Of a stretch of 64,000 bases of DNA, positions 41,826-52,993 are shown piece after piece. The stretch is taken from assembly GCA_000182565.2 (NCBI GenBank), contig KQ257468.1. One strand, 5' to 3'. Origin of the DNA: Spizellomyces punctatus DAOM BR117 (taxonomy: Eukaryota). The notes under the pieces were generated by a model. That model made no database searches and had not been told where the DNA came from. It saw only the letters and a program-made list of their open reading frames with translations. Numbering within the stretch: position 1 is the stretch's first letter; every line of letters begins with the position of its first letter. The position numbers and the translations under genes were made by a program.

Positions 41826-44270
41826 ATGGCCCCCTTCGTACTCGGTACAGTGCCTGCGCCGGCATTTTCCGACGGAACACCTGCCGCGTACCCCCCTGAT
41901 CTCACTGACCCTTGCTTCTCCACATTTGCCAAGCCAATTGTACGATCCGACCAAACAAGAGTAGATCGATTTCTTGACAAACTTGCTCCGACTTTGATCG
42001 AACTATACCGACAATATCCGCACAAGTGCCCAGGCGTTCCACCTGGCATCGCCGAAATCGCGTTTAGTCGCAACGCCAGATTGAAAGAGTTCCCTGATGG
42101 ATATGTTTTAACGCAGCAAGAACGGGGGGACACTGGCAAGTCTAGCAAGGTGGCTGATCCGTATGTGTATGGGCATCCAAGGTGCGCTCGGAAAATATCG
42201 TTCAAAGTTGAACCTCTAAAGTAATCGAAGATCCTCCAAAGTGGTGCAAGGTTTCGATCTGTCAACGAATTTATACCGCACTTGAGTTGGCTTGTGACCA
42301 GTGACACGCATGAATATGATGAGTGTGGTTGCAAATATTGTCCGGCATGGAAGAGGCGATTGATCAGCGGACGGACATCCAGTCCACGGAGAACGCCGCA
42401 CAAGAGTACCGGTTCTGACCCGGCAACGCCATTATCTGGGACTTCCATGAGAGAGAAATCCAGTAGCAGGGACAAGCCAATCAAAATGAAGACGGAGGTG
42501 GTTGTGGACACTCCTATAGTCCTTTCAAAAAGATCTCCACGGACAAAAGACATGGAAAGATCGCCGCAGACAAATGGCGCAACTCGCCAGTTGACACCGC
42601 TTCGGCCGTCATCGAGATCCTCCTCTACGCCAGATCCGATACTCTCACAAACCTTGTGGGATACTATGAGCCGCACAACTCCTCAGTTGACACAGTTGCG
42701 GCGGTCATCGGGATCCTCGTCCACACCAGATCCGATACTATCCCAAACCTTACGGGATACTATGAGTGGCACAAGTCGCCAGTTGACACCGTTGCGGCCG
42801 TCATCGAGATCCTCCTCTACGCCAGATCCGATACTCTCTCAAACCTTGCGGGATACTATGAGGGCAAAGGGATATGGAAAACGTGCTGATCCAAGGTCCC
42901 AAGTGTCCTCAACAAGCAAGCCATCCCCAGCCAGCAAATCCATTGTCGTCATTGACAGCCCACCAAAGAAAACAAGAGTCTACGTGGAAAATCCGGTACC
43001 TAAGACACCAGCTTCTGTACCACAGAAAAAGTATAAACTACCTAGCGAACGAGTTAGGAATGGAAGAGAGGACGAGGCCGGGGGATCGCGCCGTACATCA
43101 TCAGCTGGCCATCTATCAATCAAACCCCGACCTCTAGTCGTTCCGGCTCTCACAAGTTTCATTTCCGCGGATGGTACGCCCGTACCGGCCCTCCAACGCG
43201 AACAAGAAGACACGCCTAAATCACACCAAAGCGTGAAATCAAAACGCTCCCGCGACAGCACTCCCAATGATCAACCCACTAGAAAAAAGATACGCACGAG
43301 CTCTTCCAGTCGATCTTCATTCATTGACGAGGGGAAAATAGGGCCTAAGCCGCCTATCTATCGCATAGGGGATGTAGTCTGGGTTACTGCCCACCTGAAC
43401 CTAACGGAACCCAATGACTCATTCACCATTAAAGACCAGAAATCACCAGAACAATCCCACGAGATAAATCTCAAAGTCCTCAAAGAGGATCTAACGTACT
43501 GGCCCGCGGTGATTACATCTGTTTACCTTCCATCGACCGACCCGACAGCTTTCGAGGATGTTTGGGTTACTCCTATCAGCTTTGTCTCTAATCGCATCAT
43601 CATTCCTGCTCACCGGTATCACAACATCGCATCAGCATGGACCGGTAAAGCGTACGGCGTCCATCTCGTCACAACGCAACTACAATTCACTATTCTTGAA
43701 GAATGCCTCCACCCGTTTGCTTGGATGTGTAAACCAGCAACTCGACTAAGTCCAAACTTTGTCCGATCAATCCAAACGGAAGACGCTCTTCTCCACACTT
43801 TCTTGCGAGCTGTGAATATGGCGTGTGAATATGCTAGGCAGGTAATATTTGTATACGGTCGAGCTCCAAGAATCGTCAGTGAGGGCATAGGACCAGGCAG
43901 TGTGACGTGGGACGAGGTACAAGTCGGGACTGAGCGGATCATGACGGGCGATGTGATCCGTGCATCTACACCAAAATATCCGAGAGGGTTATTCGAAATT
44001 GAGCGGATTCGTTGGACGAGAGGTCAACCTGTGACATTTGTGGTTTGTGCTGTAGCTATGGTGAAAGCCAAGGAAGGGGAAGAAAATGATGTCACATACT
44101 TTATGGAGGTGGGTATACCATATGTGCTCAGAAAAAGGCGAGCTGATAGTTTTGAGATTCCATTTGGAAACGTTTTGGGACGGTTTTATCCGGGGATGAG
44201 TGAGGTCAATGGGAGAGTAGGACCGCGGGAGAAGATGCAGGTCTCAGATCGACTGATAGAGTTGAAATGA
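41826..44270 (+). CDS. Cryptic loci regulator 2 (Clr2)-like chromatin-silencing protein
   Basis: FSDG...LKEFPDGYVL...DPYVYGHP | intron 42182-42241 | SGARFRSVNEFIPHLSWL...CGCKYC; later YRIGDVVWV..YWPAVI and GTERIMTGDVIR...VLGRFY. Confidence 0.75.
42585..42863 (+). repeat. 96-bp coding tandem repeat, about 2.9 copies (32-aa unit RQLTPLRPSSRSSSTPDPILSQTLxDTM)
   Basis: Copies start at 42585, 42681 and 42777; highly similar at the nucleotide level. Confidence 0.92.
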
Positions 44271-44407
44271 GTGGAATCTTTTTCAATATTAAAAAAAGAA
44301 TGCTCGTTGCAATCTCTCTTTTGTATTTCTAGGGGTATACCCTTTTGGTTAGACCAAAACCAACCGTTCTACAGAATAACCATAACAAATGAAGAATCTA
44401 AGATGTT

Positions 44408-45916
44408 CTAAACACCCAATAATCCCAAGAATTCTACCACCTCATACTTAATCTTCCCTTCCGCAAAAGCACCGACAGCTCTCCTATAAGCCTCATTAGT
44501 CACACTGACTCCCCGCTCAAGCAACCACTTGACCATCCACAGGTTCCCAAATTCCGCAGCATATCCCAGCGCAATGCGCCCGGTATCCTTAATCATCGCC
44601 CCATGTTTCTCGAAGATGGCTAATCCTTTTTGAATGGACGCAATATGGGACGGAGTGTTCCGGGGGTAGGAGGGCGTAGTGTGTAGCGTGGCTGTTAAGA
44701 GGGCACGACTCAGGGCCGTCATATCCCATGTCGATACCGTCAGGTGATGAATGAGCAGGTTTTCGTTGCATGTCAAGAGTACTGTATCTAAAATTTCTTT
44801 CTGTGGTATGTATTTAATATATTGAAGCAGAAAGGGTGTTGCTGGAGCCATGTGGAGGAGTCGTGTTAGAGTTTCCCTGTAGTGTAGTTCAGAAACGGTG
44901 GAGAGAGTGTCTAGCGTTGTTGTCGCGGCAGAATGGTTTGTCAGGCTCTGGATGATGGAAAGTGCAGAGAGGTAGGTTGGGGTCATGGGCTGAGGAGGAT
45001 GGTTTGTCAAGTAGGCACGCGTTTGAACCAGAAGGTCGGGAGTGGTTTTCTGGTTGGCGCGGACAAGACAATTCTCCATGATGCGCTTGTTACCAATTCC
45101 AGCATGAAGGACGAAATCCCATATATGGAGGCCGCATTCCGTTGGGCTTGATGTGAAGGCGTCGAGAACGCAATCGAGGGATGAGAGGTCCGGTGGATCC
45201 ATTTGAGAAAGACAGGCATCGTCTAGAATTTCTAGGAGATCCGCGCACCATTCCACGACGCGATCCAACCCGGTTTCCCAGTGTATGCAGTAGCGTTTGG
45301 ACCGGAGAAGTGTGACGATGGGTTGGGCGCCTCCCATTGCGGCATTTTCGAGGGCGTCTTCGAGGATTGCATGAAGTGATTTGGCATCCAAGACCTCTTC
45401 CAAAACTTCCAGGCAGAATGAGGCAGCATCAAATAGGCCATAAAAGCAGGCAAAAAAGAATGCAGAAGTCCAATACAACTCTCCATCGATGCATCTCTGG
45501 GAGGATCTTTGGCCGGGATGCCAAGTCGCAGTCAAGGACGGAGGACAAGCGCCCAAGAGGGATCTCAACATTCCGTCCTGTCTCAGGATCTCCACAGCTT
45601 CGGCATTGCGCACCACAGTAGTAGAGAACTCTCTACACGCTTTGACCATCAAGCGGTTTACACCAGCATATTCCTGGGTCCCTCGAAAGCAAACGGAGAG
45701 TCTGTCCCATACAATTGCATCGTTCAACAGAAACTCCCAATTGCCGTCATAGTATTCCATGAACCAGTCGTAGATCCAGGCCCGTTTGGTATGAGGAGAT
45801 AATGAGACCCTTCGCAAAAGAATGCTTGTCTCTGCAGTGGGTTTCAGAGAAGGAAGGCGAGCTACGATATCCTCAAGAACTTCTGTAGGCAGATCTGTGA
45901 GTTTCATGGTTGGCAT
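44408..45916 (-). CDS. F-box-like / ankyrin-repeat protein (intronless)
   Basis: N-terminal LTDLPTEVLEDIVARL (F-box-like); ankyrin-like AFFFACFYG, ALENAAMGG, ALGYAAEFGNLWMVKWLLERGV. Confidence 0.65.
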   Translation of the reverse strand: MPTMKLTDLPTEVLEDIVARLPSLKPTAETSILLRRVSLSPHTKRAWIYDWFMEYYDGNWEFLLNDAIVWDRLSVCFRGTQEYAGVNRLMVKACREFSTTVVRNAEAVEILRQDGMLRSLLGACPPSLTATWHPGQRSSQRCIDGELYWTSAFFFACFYGLFDAASFCLEVLEEVLDAKSLHAILEDALENAAMGGAQPIVTLLRSKRYCIHWETGLDRVVEWCADLLEILDDACLSQMDPPDLSSLDCVLDAFTSSPTECGLHIWDFVLHAGIGNKRIMENCLVRANQKTTPDLLVQTRAYLTNHPPQPMTPTYLSALSIIQSLTNHSAATTTLDTLSTVSELHYRETLTRLLHMAPATPFLLQYIKYIPQKEILDTVLLTCNENLLIHHLTVSTWDMTALSRALLTATLHTTPSYPRNTPSHIASIQKGLAIFEKHGAMIKDTGRIALGYAAEFGNLWMVKWLLERGVSVTNEAYRRAVGAFAEGKIKYEVVEFLGLLGV

Positions 45917-46107
45917 GGTGTGATCTCGTCCGTTCACTCAGTAGGAGGAATATGAAGAAAACCCAGCATAGAATAAATAAATAAACAAAGGCCAACAAAT
46001 ACCCCAATCACCTGCTGCTACCGCCATGCACTTTTTTTATACCCTGCCCCCCTCCACCCTCACCCATTCTCCGCGACCGAAACTTGGTTCTGGGCCCCTT
46101 CAGCCAA

Positions 46108-46289
46108 NNNNNNNNNNNNNNNNNNNNNNNNNNNNNNNNNNNNNNNNNNNNNNNNNNNNNNNNNNNNNNNNNNNNNNNNNNNNNNNNNNNNNNNNNNNNN
46201 NNNNNNNNNNNNNNNNNNNNNNNNNNNNNNNNNNNNNNNNNNNNNNNNNNNNNNNNNNNNNNNNNNNNNNNNNNNNNNNNNNNNNNNNN
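46108..46289. other. Assembly gap (182 N)
   Basis: Run of N bases. Confidence 1.
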
Positions 46290-46375
46290 ATTTATGGCAA
46301 CATTACAAGAAATTTATGTTTAGTCTCTATTGTAAAAGCTATATGATTCTCATTGGTGTTTGCGGTTTCAACAAA

Positions 46376-46458
46376 TCCCGGATAGTATAGTGGCTAGTAC
46401 CTCCGCCTGTCAATCAGGCAGTCCGCGGAAGACCGGGGTTCGATTCCCCGTCCGGGAG
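46376..46458 (+). tRNA. tRNA-Asp(GTC) with 11-nt intron (46413-46423)
   Basis: Acceptor stem TCCCGGA/TCCGGGA, D-arm GTATAGTGGCTAGTAC, anticodon stem TCCGC/GCGGA with CT-GTC-A, T-arm CGGGGTTCGATTCCCCG, oligo-T terminator at about 46478-46484. Confidence 0.93.
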
Positions 46459-46677
46459 TTCACTTAGGACAGTGTGAATTTTTTCTCTCTTGTTCGCTTT
46501 TGCTTACGTATGTATTTCAAGTCACAATCCCGACGTGTGGACTGGATATTTTTAGATGATCCTCAAAACCAGCCACGCAATGGGCCAAATACACAAACAG
46601 TCATCCGATAGGTGAAAGAGTTGATACTCTCCCTCCAACAACACACATTCTACTTTCCATTTGGCCACTTTACCAAC

Positions 46678-47690
46678 ATGGCAACCATCAACCCTTTTAC
46701 AGTCGACGACGAGCGCGAGAACCCATTTGAAGCACCCGAAGAGCGTCCATCCGCCAACAATCCCTGGCAAACCGCTCCCTCTTCCTCGCACTCGCGCCAA
46801 GCCTCATCAAATCCGTATGCAGGAAAATCGATACGAGAATTGGACCTCGAAAAGCGAGAAGCAGAAGTCCGACTCAAGGAAGCTCAAATCGCCGAACGGG
46901 AAAAGCAGCTCAATGCCTTTCAAATTCCGAATTGGCCAAAATTCCGGCCAATGATTTATCATGATATTGAAAAAGACATACCAGAAGGTGGACGATGGCT
47001 TGTTAGGAGGGTTTACTGGGCGTGGTATCGTGAGTATCAATTGTGAATGGCGAGCGAAACGGAGTGTTTCTAACACGTTTTTTTTTGTGATTGTTGCGTT
47101 TAGTGGCCGTGCTAGTCTATTTTGTAAATGCCATTGCAGCCTTTTCGCTCCTAGTCACCAAAGGCGAGGCGGGTGGAGCGACATTTGGGTTGGCGTTGAT
47201 CATCTTTCTTATTGGGACACCGGTTTCCTTTGTATTTTGGTACCGCCCTCTCTACAATGGGGTCAAGCAAGATTCGAGTATTAGCTTCTTTTTCTTTTAC
47301 TTTAACTATGGGTTTCACTTGGCGGTTGCGGCTTTATTTGCTGTTGGGATACCTGGCTGGGGCGGCTGGTAAGTTTATGAGTTTGACTTTTACATTATCA
47401 AAATAGCGACTCATGGCTTTTCCTTGTTAAGCGGTGTCATTCTCGCACTTTCTCAACTGGGCAAGAATGTGCCATCCGGTGTCCTGTGTGCAATATCAGC
47501 TGGTCTCTTCATCTTTGAGTGTGTGTATGGGTTATGGCAGATCAAAAATGCAACCGTTTATTTCCGAAGCAAAGGCATGAGTGCCCAGCAGGCCCGGAAT
47601 CAGGCTGTTGCTGGGTTTGCTGGTAGCAAAGTTGGGCAGGAGTTGGCGGGACATGCGGTAAAGACTGCCGTTGCCGACATGCGAAGGTAA
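46678..47690 (+). CDS. Secretory carrier-associated membrane protein (SCAMP)
   Basis: N-terminal NPF/NPF/NPW/NPY motifs, coiled coil, NWPKF..IYHDI, four TMs with E-peptide FWYRPLY. Confidence 0.92.
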
Positions 47691-48131
47691 TTTTTAGATA
47701 GGTAGGCATATAATTGTCTGTAAGGATTTTTTCTAAAAAAGATTCTAATGTGGAATGATATATTTGATAAATATGTCTCTCTAAGAGGTAGTAAAAGTGT
47801 ACATGCAGGAAAATTATGGAATCTAAAATGCTAAACAAGTATCGCACATATGTACAGAGAATGCTAATTCACCGCGAACTAAATGTTTTTCGCCGGGACT
47901 CTTCTCCTTCTCTGCGCGCTCTCACTAATGGCCATATCTACAGTCTTGAGGATACGAGATTGACTGTCGTTGGGCGACTGTGGTGATGTTGGCCGTTGTG
48001 TTTGTTGGATGGACGACGTTGCGATTTGGAGAGATCGAAGGCAGGTGGGAGTAAGCACGTTCATCATGGTTTCTTTATAATGCACGGGGGCGGTTATCGT
48101 GAGAGGTCTTGTTCTAAGAGTGCTTTAACAA

Positions 48132-48172
48132 ACGACGACGAGAACGACGACGACGACGACGACGACGACGAC
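48132..48172. repeat. (GAC)n trinucleotide microsatellite, interrupted
   Basis: Directly visible ACG/GAC run with one interruption. Confidence 0.88.
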
Positions 48173-48913
48173 TTTAAGCTGTGTGAGTGTGTGTGTGGGA
48201 AAGTTGTGGGAGGAAAAAGGAGGACGAGGAGAATAAATAGGAAATCGCATGACTAATCCACATGTTCTTTTTCCAAGCGAGTCATGGAAATCCAAAATAC
48301 GCGTTCAAAAAACAGGAAAAGGGGCAACTGTAAATTCTTTTAACGATACAAACAAAAGGGAGACAACGGTCCGTTTCAGAATTTAGGCGGTCAACTTATT
48401 TTTAGATACGGGTTCTTGGGGTTCTATTTTTATCCAGTTTCTTTTGGCGCTTGATAATCAGGGGAATTTCATTGGGCCGAGGATGAAAATTGCATGTTCG
48501 GACATTTTCGGACGGATGAACTTGCAAAGAAATTTAAGACTTGCCGAGTTTTTATCTTTGGGTTGATTGGAGGCCCGTGCCAGTGAGCTTTGTTCGGGGC
48601 GTATTTTCATCCTGGTCGAGCGGTTTTCACAGTGTATTTTCCTTTTCGTCCTTTGTTGCGAGATTCAAGAGCAATTTTCGGCCTTTGTTTAGATTGCATT
48701 TTTCGTATTTTCGTTTGTTTGCGGGAATATTGTTGGAATTCTGCCAATATTATATTCTCAGATCTCTTTACAATCATTTTACCCGCAAAGTCAATTATCC
48801 GATACCCTCCTTGTCGAGATCCATTGGCACCTTCGCAATCACGTAATGCAGAACACGTGCCTAGATCTTACGGCTCCGAGGCCGCGCACACTGTTTGGAC
48901 TGTCTTGTCCATC

Positions 48914-49979
48914 ATGTCGCTCCTCCTCAAAACATCACAAAGACGAACACACGCTCAGCAAATAATAGAGTTTCTGAAAAGAGGCGAAGGAAAATGTGCT
49001 GTACTAACAGGTGTGCATGGCAGGTCAGTGTGTACAAGTATAAAATCTCATGTATAGCAAGGAAGGAGCCGGAGTCTCCACCGATAGCGGTGTACCAGAT
49101 TACCGTGGACCAAGCGGCGTATACGTTCGTAACAAGGACTACAAACCCATTCGATATCAAGAGTTTGTTTCTTCCCATTCCATACGACAGCGGTACTGGG
49201 CACGATCCTATCTTGGATACCCGCGAATTCTCCAGGCGCGTCCGAATAGGACACACTTTGCGATACACGAGTTGGAGAAGAGGAGTTGGGTCAATGGCAT
49301 CGTAACGCAGAATGTAGATGGCTTACATCTGGGGAATAATGTTTTGGAACTGCATGGAAGCTTGGTACAGATTCTCTGTCTTGTGGTCCCGAGTTTTACT
49401 CTTGCTGACACTGTTCACCTAGCACAAGGTACATTGTTTATCATGTCACCACACCATTCCCCGCGCGGAATTTCAGAGGAAATTGTCACTGCTCAACCCA
49501 ATATTGGCAGAGTGGGCAATATTAAACCCGGATCGTGAAGCAGGTGACGTGGCGAGCAGTGTAAATCCGGATGGTGATTTAGAAATCACCTGGGATTACT
49601 CCGACTTTGTCTACCCGGCATGCGATGCCTGTGGCGTGGGCATGTATAAACCTAGGTAGCAACCTCTGCCGTATCGCATTCCCCCATCATCCGTTATACA
49701 CTAAACACCGTCCCCAGCGTCGTCTTCTTTGGCGAAAACATTCCGTCAACGGTTCGCGATGAATCCTTTTCTCTCATCGACACCTCAAATTCTGTGCTGG
49801 CCGTTGGTACGTCATTGCAAGTCTACAGCGCGTTTCGTCTTATACAGCGCGCAAAGGCGCAGGGAAAACGAGTGGCTGTTTTATCTTTGGGACCTACAAG
49901 GGCGGATGGTGTCGTGGACGTCAAAGTGGATGATGGATCTTCAGATGTTTTAGAAGATGTTGTGGAGGGACTGGCATAA
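48914..49979 (+). CDS. NAD-dependent sirtuin, class II (SIRT4-like)
   Basis: VLTGAGVSTDSGVPDYRG, RQRYWARSYLG, TQNVDGLH, ELHG, CxxC pairs, NPDGD, KP-VVFFGE, GTSLQVYS. Start codon uncertain. Confidence 0.9.
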
Positions 49980-50376
49980 AGTGATAGGTTCAAGTGGGTG
50001 CCTTTCCTGCCAATTTGACGGAACGCACGTATCTCTGATGGTCAGCATCGGATTCTGCTGCTCGGCTGCTCATCCTCGGTCCAATCTCGGAAGAAACTGG
50101 GCGAAAAGAAGGGAACGTATCTTGTATGTGGCCGTGATAGGCCGACCCTGGGGAAACTAGGCCCCGTTAGATTTCGTTTGATGTCGAAATGCTTGAAGGT
50201 GTTGATAGCAGGTTATGGCTGTATTGGCTTCATAGGGACAATATATTTATAGGACAACTCTGAGAATCTGCGGCTAGCAAAGTGTGGCCGGTCTTATGAC
50301 TGAATGAAATGGTATCAACAAACACACGGCCGGGATATTCTTCGTACAGTGTCCTCTGCCTCTTAGCATCGAGAAT

Positions 50377-50920
50377 CTAATTTATGGTCCTTACTTTTGC
50401 TTCAAAATCCGTAAACCCGCCCACAAACTCAATCGCTTGCCCGTCACACCCCTTCCACACAAACGGTGAGGTAAAATGATTTTGCGCACCAGGGATCGTC
50501 TATCCTCCCAAGAAAAAAAACCATGATACAACCACATAGGATATGTAAACCAATATAGTCGTTATTCATACCTTTCGCAAAACTTGCTTGCGGTCATTCC
50601 ATTCTTGACGCGTCCAAGAAGTGATTTTGGTATCAATGGATGGTCCACTCGTGCGTTCTGCCAGTCGTCCTCCAAGGCGTTTGGCAGATTGAAAATAGGG
50701 GCAGGTTTCAAAGCCCTCCTGTTGTGTATGTTGTTAGCGGAATAGCATGGTCGCGACATGTAGTTTATGAGTGAGCACATACAATGGTGTAGCAGATCTT
50801 TTCAATGTTTTCTGAGAGCGGTGACGGGTTGTTTGATGACGGTGAAATGAAAATGTGATAGGCCAGATAGACGGTAGTCGCCGCAACAATTGCATATAGT
50901 AGCCTCACGAGTTTGGCCAT
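50377..50920 (-). CDS. Signal-anchored glutaredoxin-fold protein (about 135 aa, three exons)
   Basis: Exons 50920-50783, 50718-50572 and 50499-50377 join in frame with GT-AG introns: TM, then YTIEGFETCPYF...HFTSPFVW...FVGGFTDF. Confidence 0.72.
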
Positions 50921-51076
50921 TGTGATCTGAAAGTACCGCAGTTTCCCATTTGCTTCAGATCTTTTGACAAGTGCATGAAGCTTATCACGTAAGCTCACAT
51001 GCTAATGGCGCAGTCATGATCGACTGGAATTCCTCACCAGCAACTCTCCAGATCATTGCCAAACCAACCAAACACA

Positions 51077-52993
51077 ATGGACGAAGATCTCCTGCAAGAC
51101 CTTGAGGAACTCGGAGGAGATGAAGACTTGGAAGACTTGGACGATGATATAAAAGATGAAGATGAGGATGATGGAGATATTGCTATTGATGAGCATGCAA
51201 ATCTCTTGGCGGCTGTGGATGGGGACGATCTCCACTCAATTGCCCGATTGACAAGCTCTAAACCGTTCAAGGACGTTATGCAGGTTGGTGTCTTGTTTAA
51301 TTATGTCGTACTGGCTTTTGGTGGGGGGCTAAGTAAGGGATATTCAACAGAAAATAGACCAGTTCCGAGATGTGCCTCGCCATCCTGCTCAAAACACCGG
51401 ACCCGTGGAAGAAGATCCAGAGTACAAACTTATTGTACAGTCAAATAACTTGACGGTGGAGATTGACAATGAAATTTTGGTTGTGCATAAGGTTGGTTAC
51501 TTGTAGTTTGTACTTTTGACAGCCTCTTGCTGATATTGGGTTTGATTACAGTTTATACGCGATCACTATGCACCAAAGTTTCCAGAGTTGGAATCACTGA
51601 TTCCAAATCCGATTGACTATGCGAGGACCGTCAAATTGATTGGAAATGAGATGGTATGTCGCTGACCTGTCTTTAGCAGACCTTAGTGTTTTCGGTGGTC
51701 CTTATGCTTTGTCTGTCTAGGACTTGACAAAAGTCGATCTGAAATCGTTTTTACCCTCGGCTACTATCATGGTTCTCACTGTGACAGCAACTACAACGAA
51801 TGGACAGCCACTCAGTGACGAGGCGGCAGCCAAAGTATTGGAAGCCTGCGACATGTTACTAGACTTGGACCTCTCCAAACGAAGGGTAGGTAAACACGCC
51901 AATGATGAAAAGGTTAGAACAGTGATTCACAGCATACCTATCCATAGATTCTAGAATACGTCGAATCGCGAATGGCTTTCATTGCACCCAATCTCTCAGC
52001 TCTGGTCGGAAGTAACGTTGCAGCAAAACTGATGGGTCTGTCGGGGGGTGTAACAGGTCTCAGCAAAATTCCGGCATGCAATGTCCTCGTCTTGGGCAAA
52101 ATAAATAAAATGAACACGGGATTGTCCTCGGTAACACAACAAAAGCATCAAGGGCTGATTTATCTGACGGATATGATTATCAGTGTTCCGCAAGAGTGGA
52201 AGAGGAAGGCGGCAAGGACGTTGGCGGCAAAGTATGAGCCAATCCATTGGCCTGTTTTTTATGAACCATATCTGACTGCGTAAAACCTATAGAGTGTCAT
52301 TAGCGGCTCGGGTTGATCAAGCCCGAACCTCATCGGACGGTGCGGTCGGTCGTAAATTCCGAGAAGAAGTCCAGAAACACATTGACAGGATTCAGGCACC
52401 GCCACCAGGAAAATCCATCAGAGCATTGCCCATCCCTGATGAAGGACCCAAGAAGAAGCGAGCTGGTAAACGGTATGCTTCGCGGATCTAGCGTTTACTC
52501 CCTGCGCGTCTGTAAAGGTCTCACATATACAAATGGCAGTGTCCGACGAGCCAAAGAACGATTGGCTCAAACAGCACTTTCCAAGGCCCAAAACCGCATG
52601 GCATTTGGGGTTGCAGAAGACGAGGTCGGATTCCAGAATGGTAGCACCAAAGGACTTGGACTCATTGGGGGCCAAACGGGAAAGATCCGTGCAGCACAGG
52701 CCGATCCTCGTTTGAAATGTAAGCTCATCTGTTGTGCTATTCTCGATTTTTCGTTTACAAATATGTATTAATGTGCGTCTTTATCATTAGTGGGACTAGC
52801 CAAGAAACATCGTGTCCAATTCGGCGGTTCTTCAGGCGCAACGTCTGGATTATCTTCCTCTGTCGCTTTCACGCCTGTCAAGGGTATTGAATTGGAGAAC
52901 CCCGAAGCGGCAGCACAACGAGTCAAGGAGGCTAATGATCGATACTTTAGTTCGGCAGCCTTTGCCAAATTACCTAAAAAGGAGGGATCGTAA
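51077..52993 (+). CDS. PRP31: U4/U6 snRNP protein Prp31
   Basis: EEDPEYKLIVQSN, YAPKFPELESL, IAPNLSALVG (Nop domain), KKKRAGKR, QNRMAFG, SSVAFTPVKGIEL. Confidence 0.96.

Noticed and set aside
41735-42676. 313-aa minus-strand ORF
   Set aside because: Antisense shadow of the Clr2-like gene; no recognisable motifs.
42585-42863. Tandem repeat as a possible CRISPR-like array
   Set aside because: Head-to-tail in-frame coding repeat with no unique spacers; eukaryotic context.
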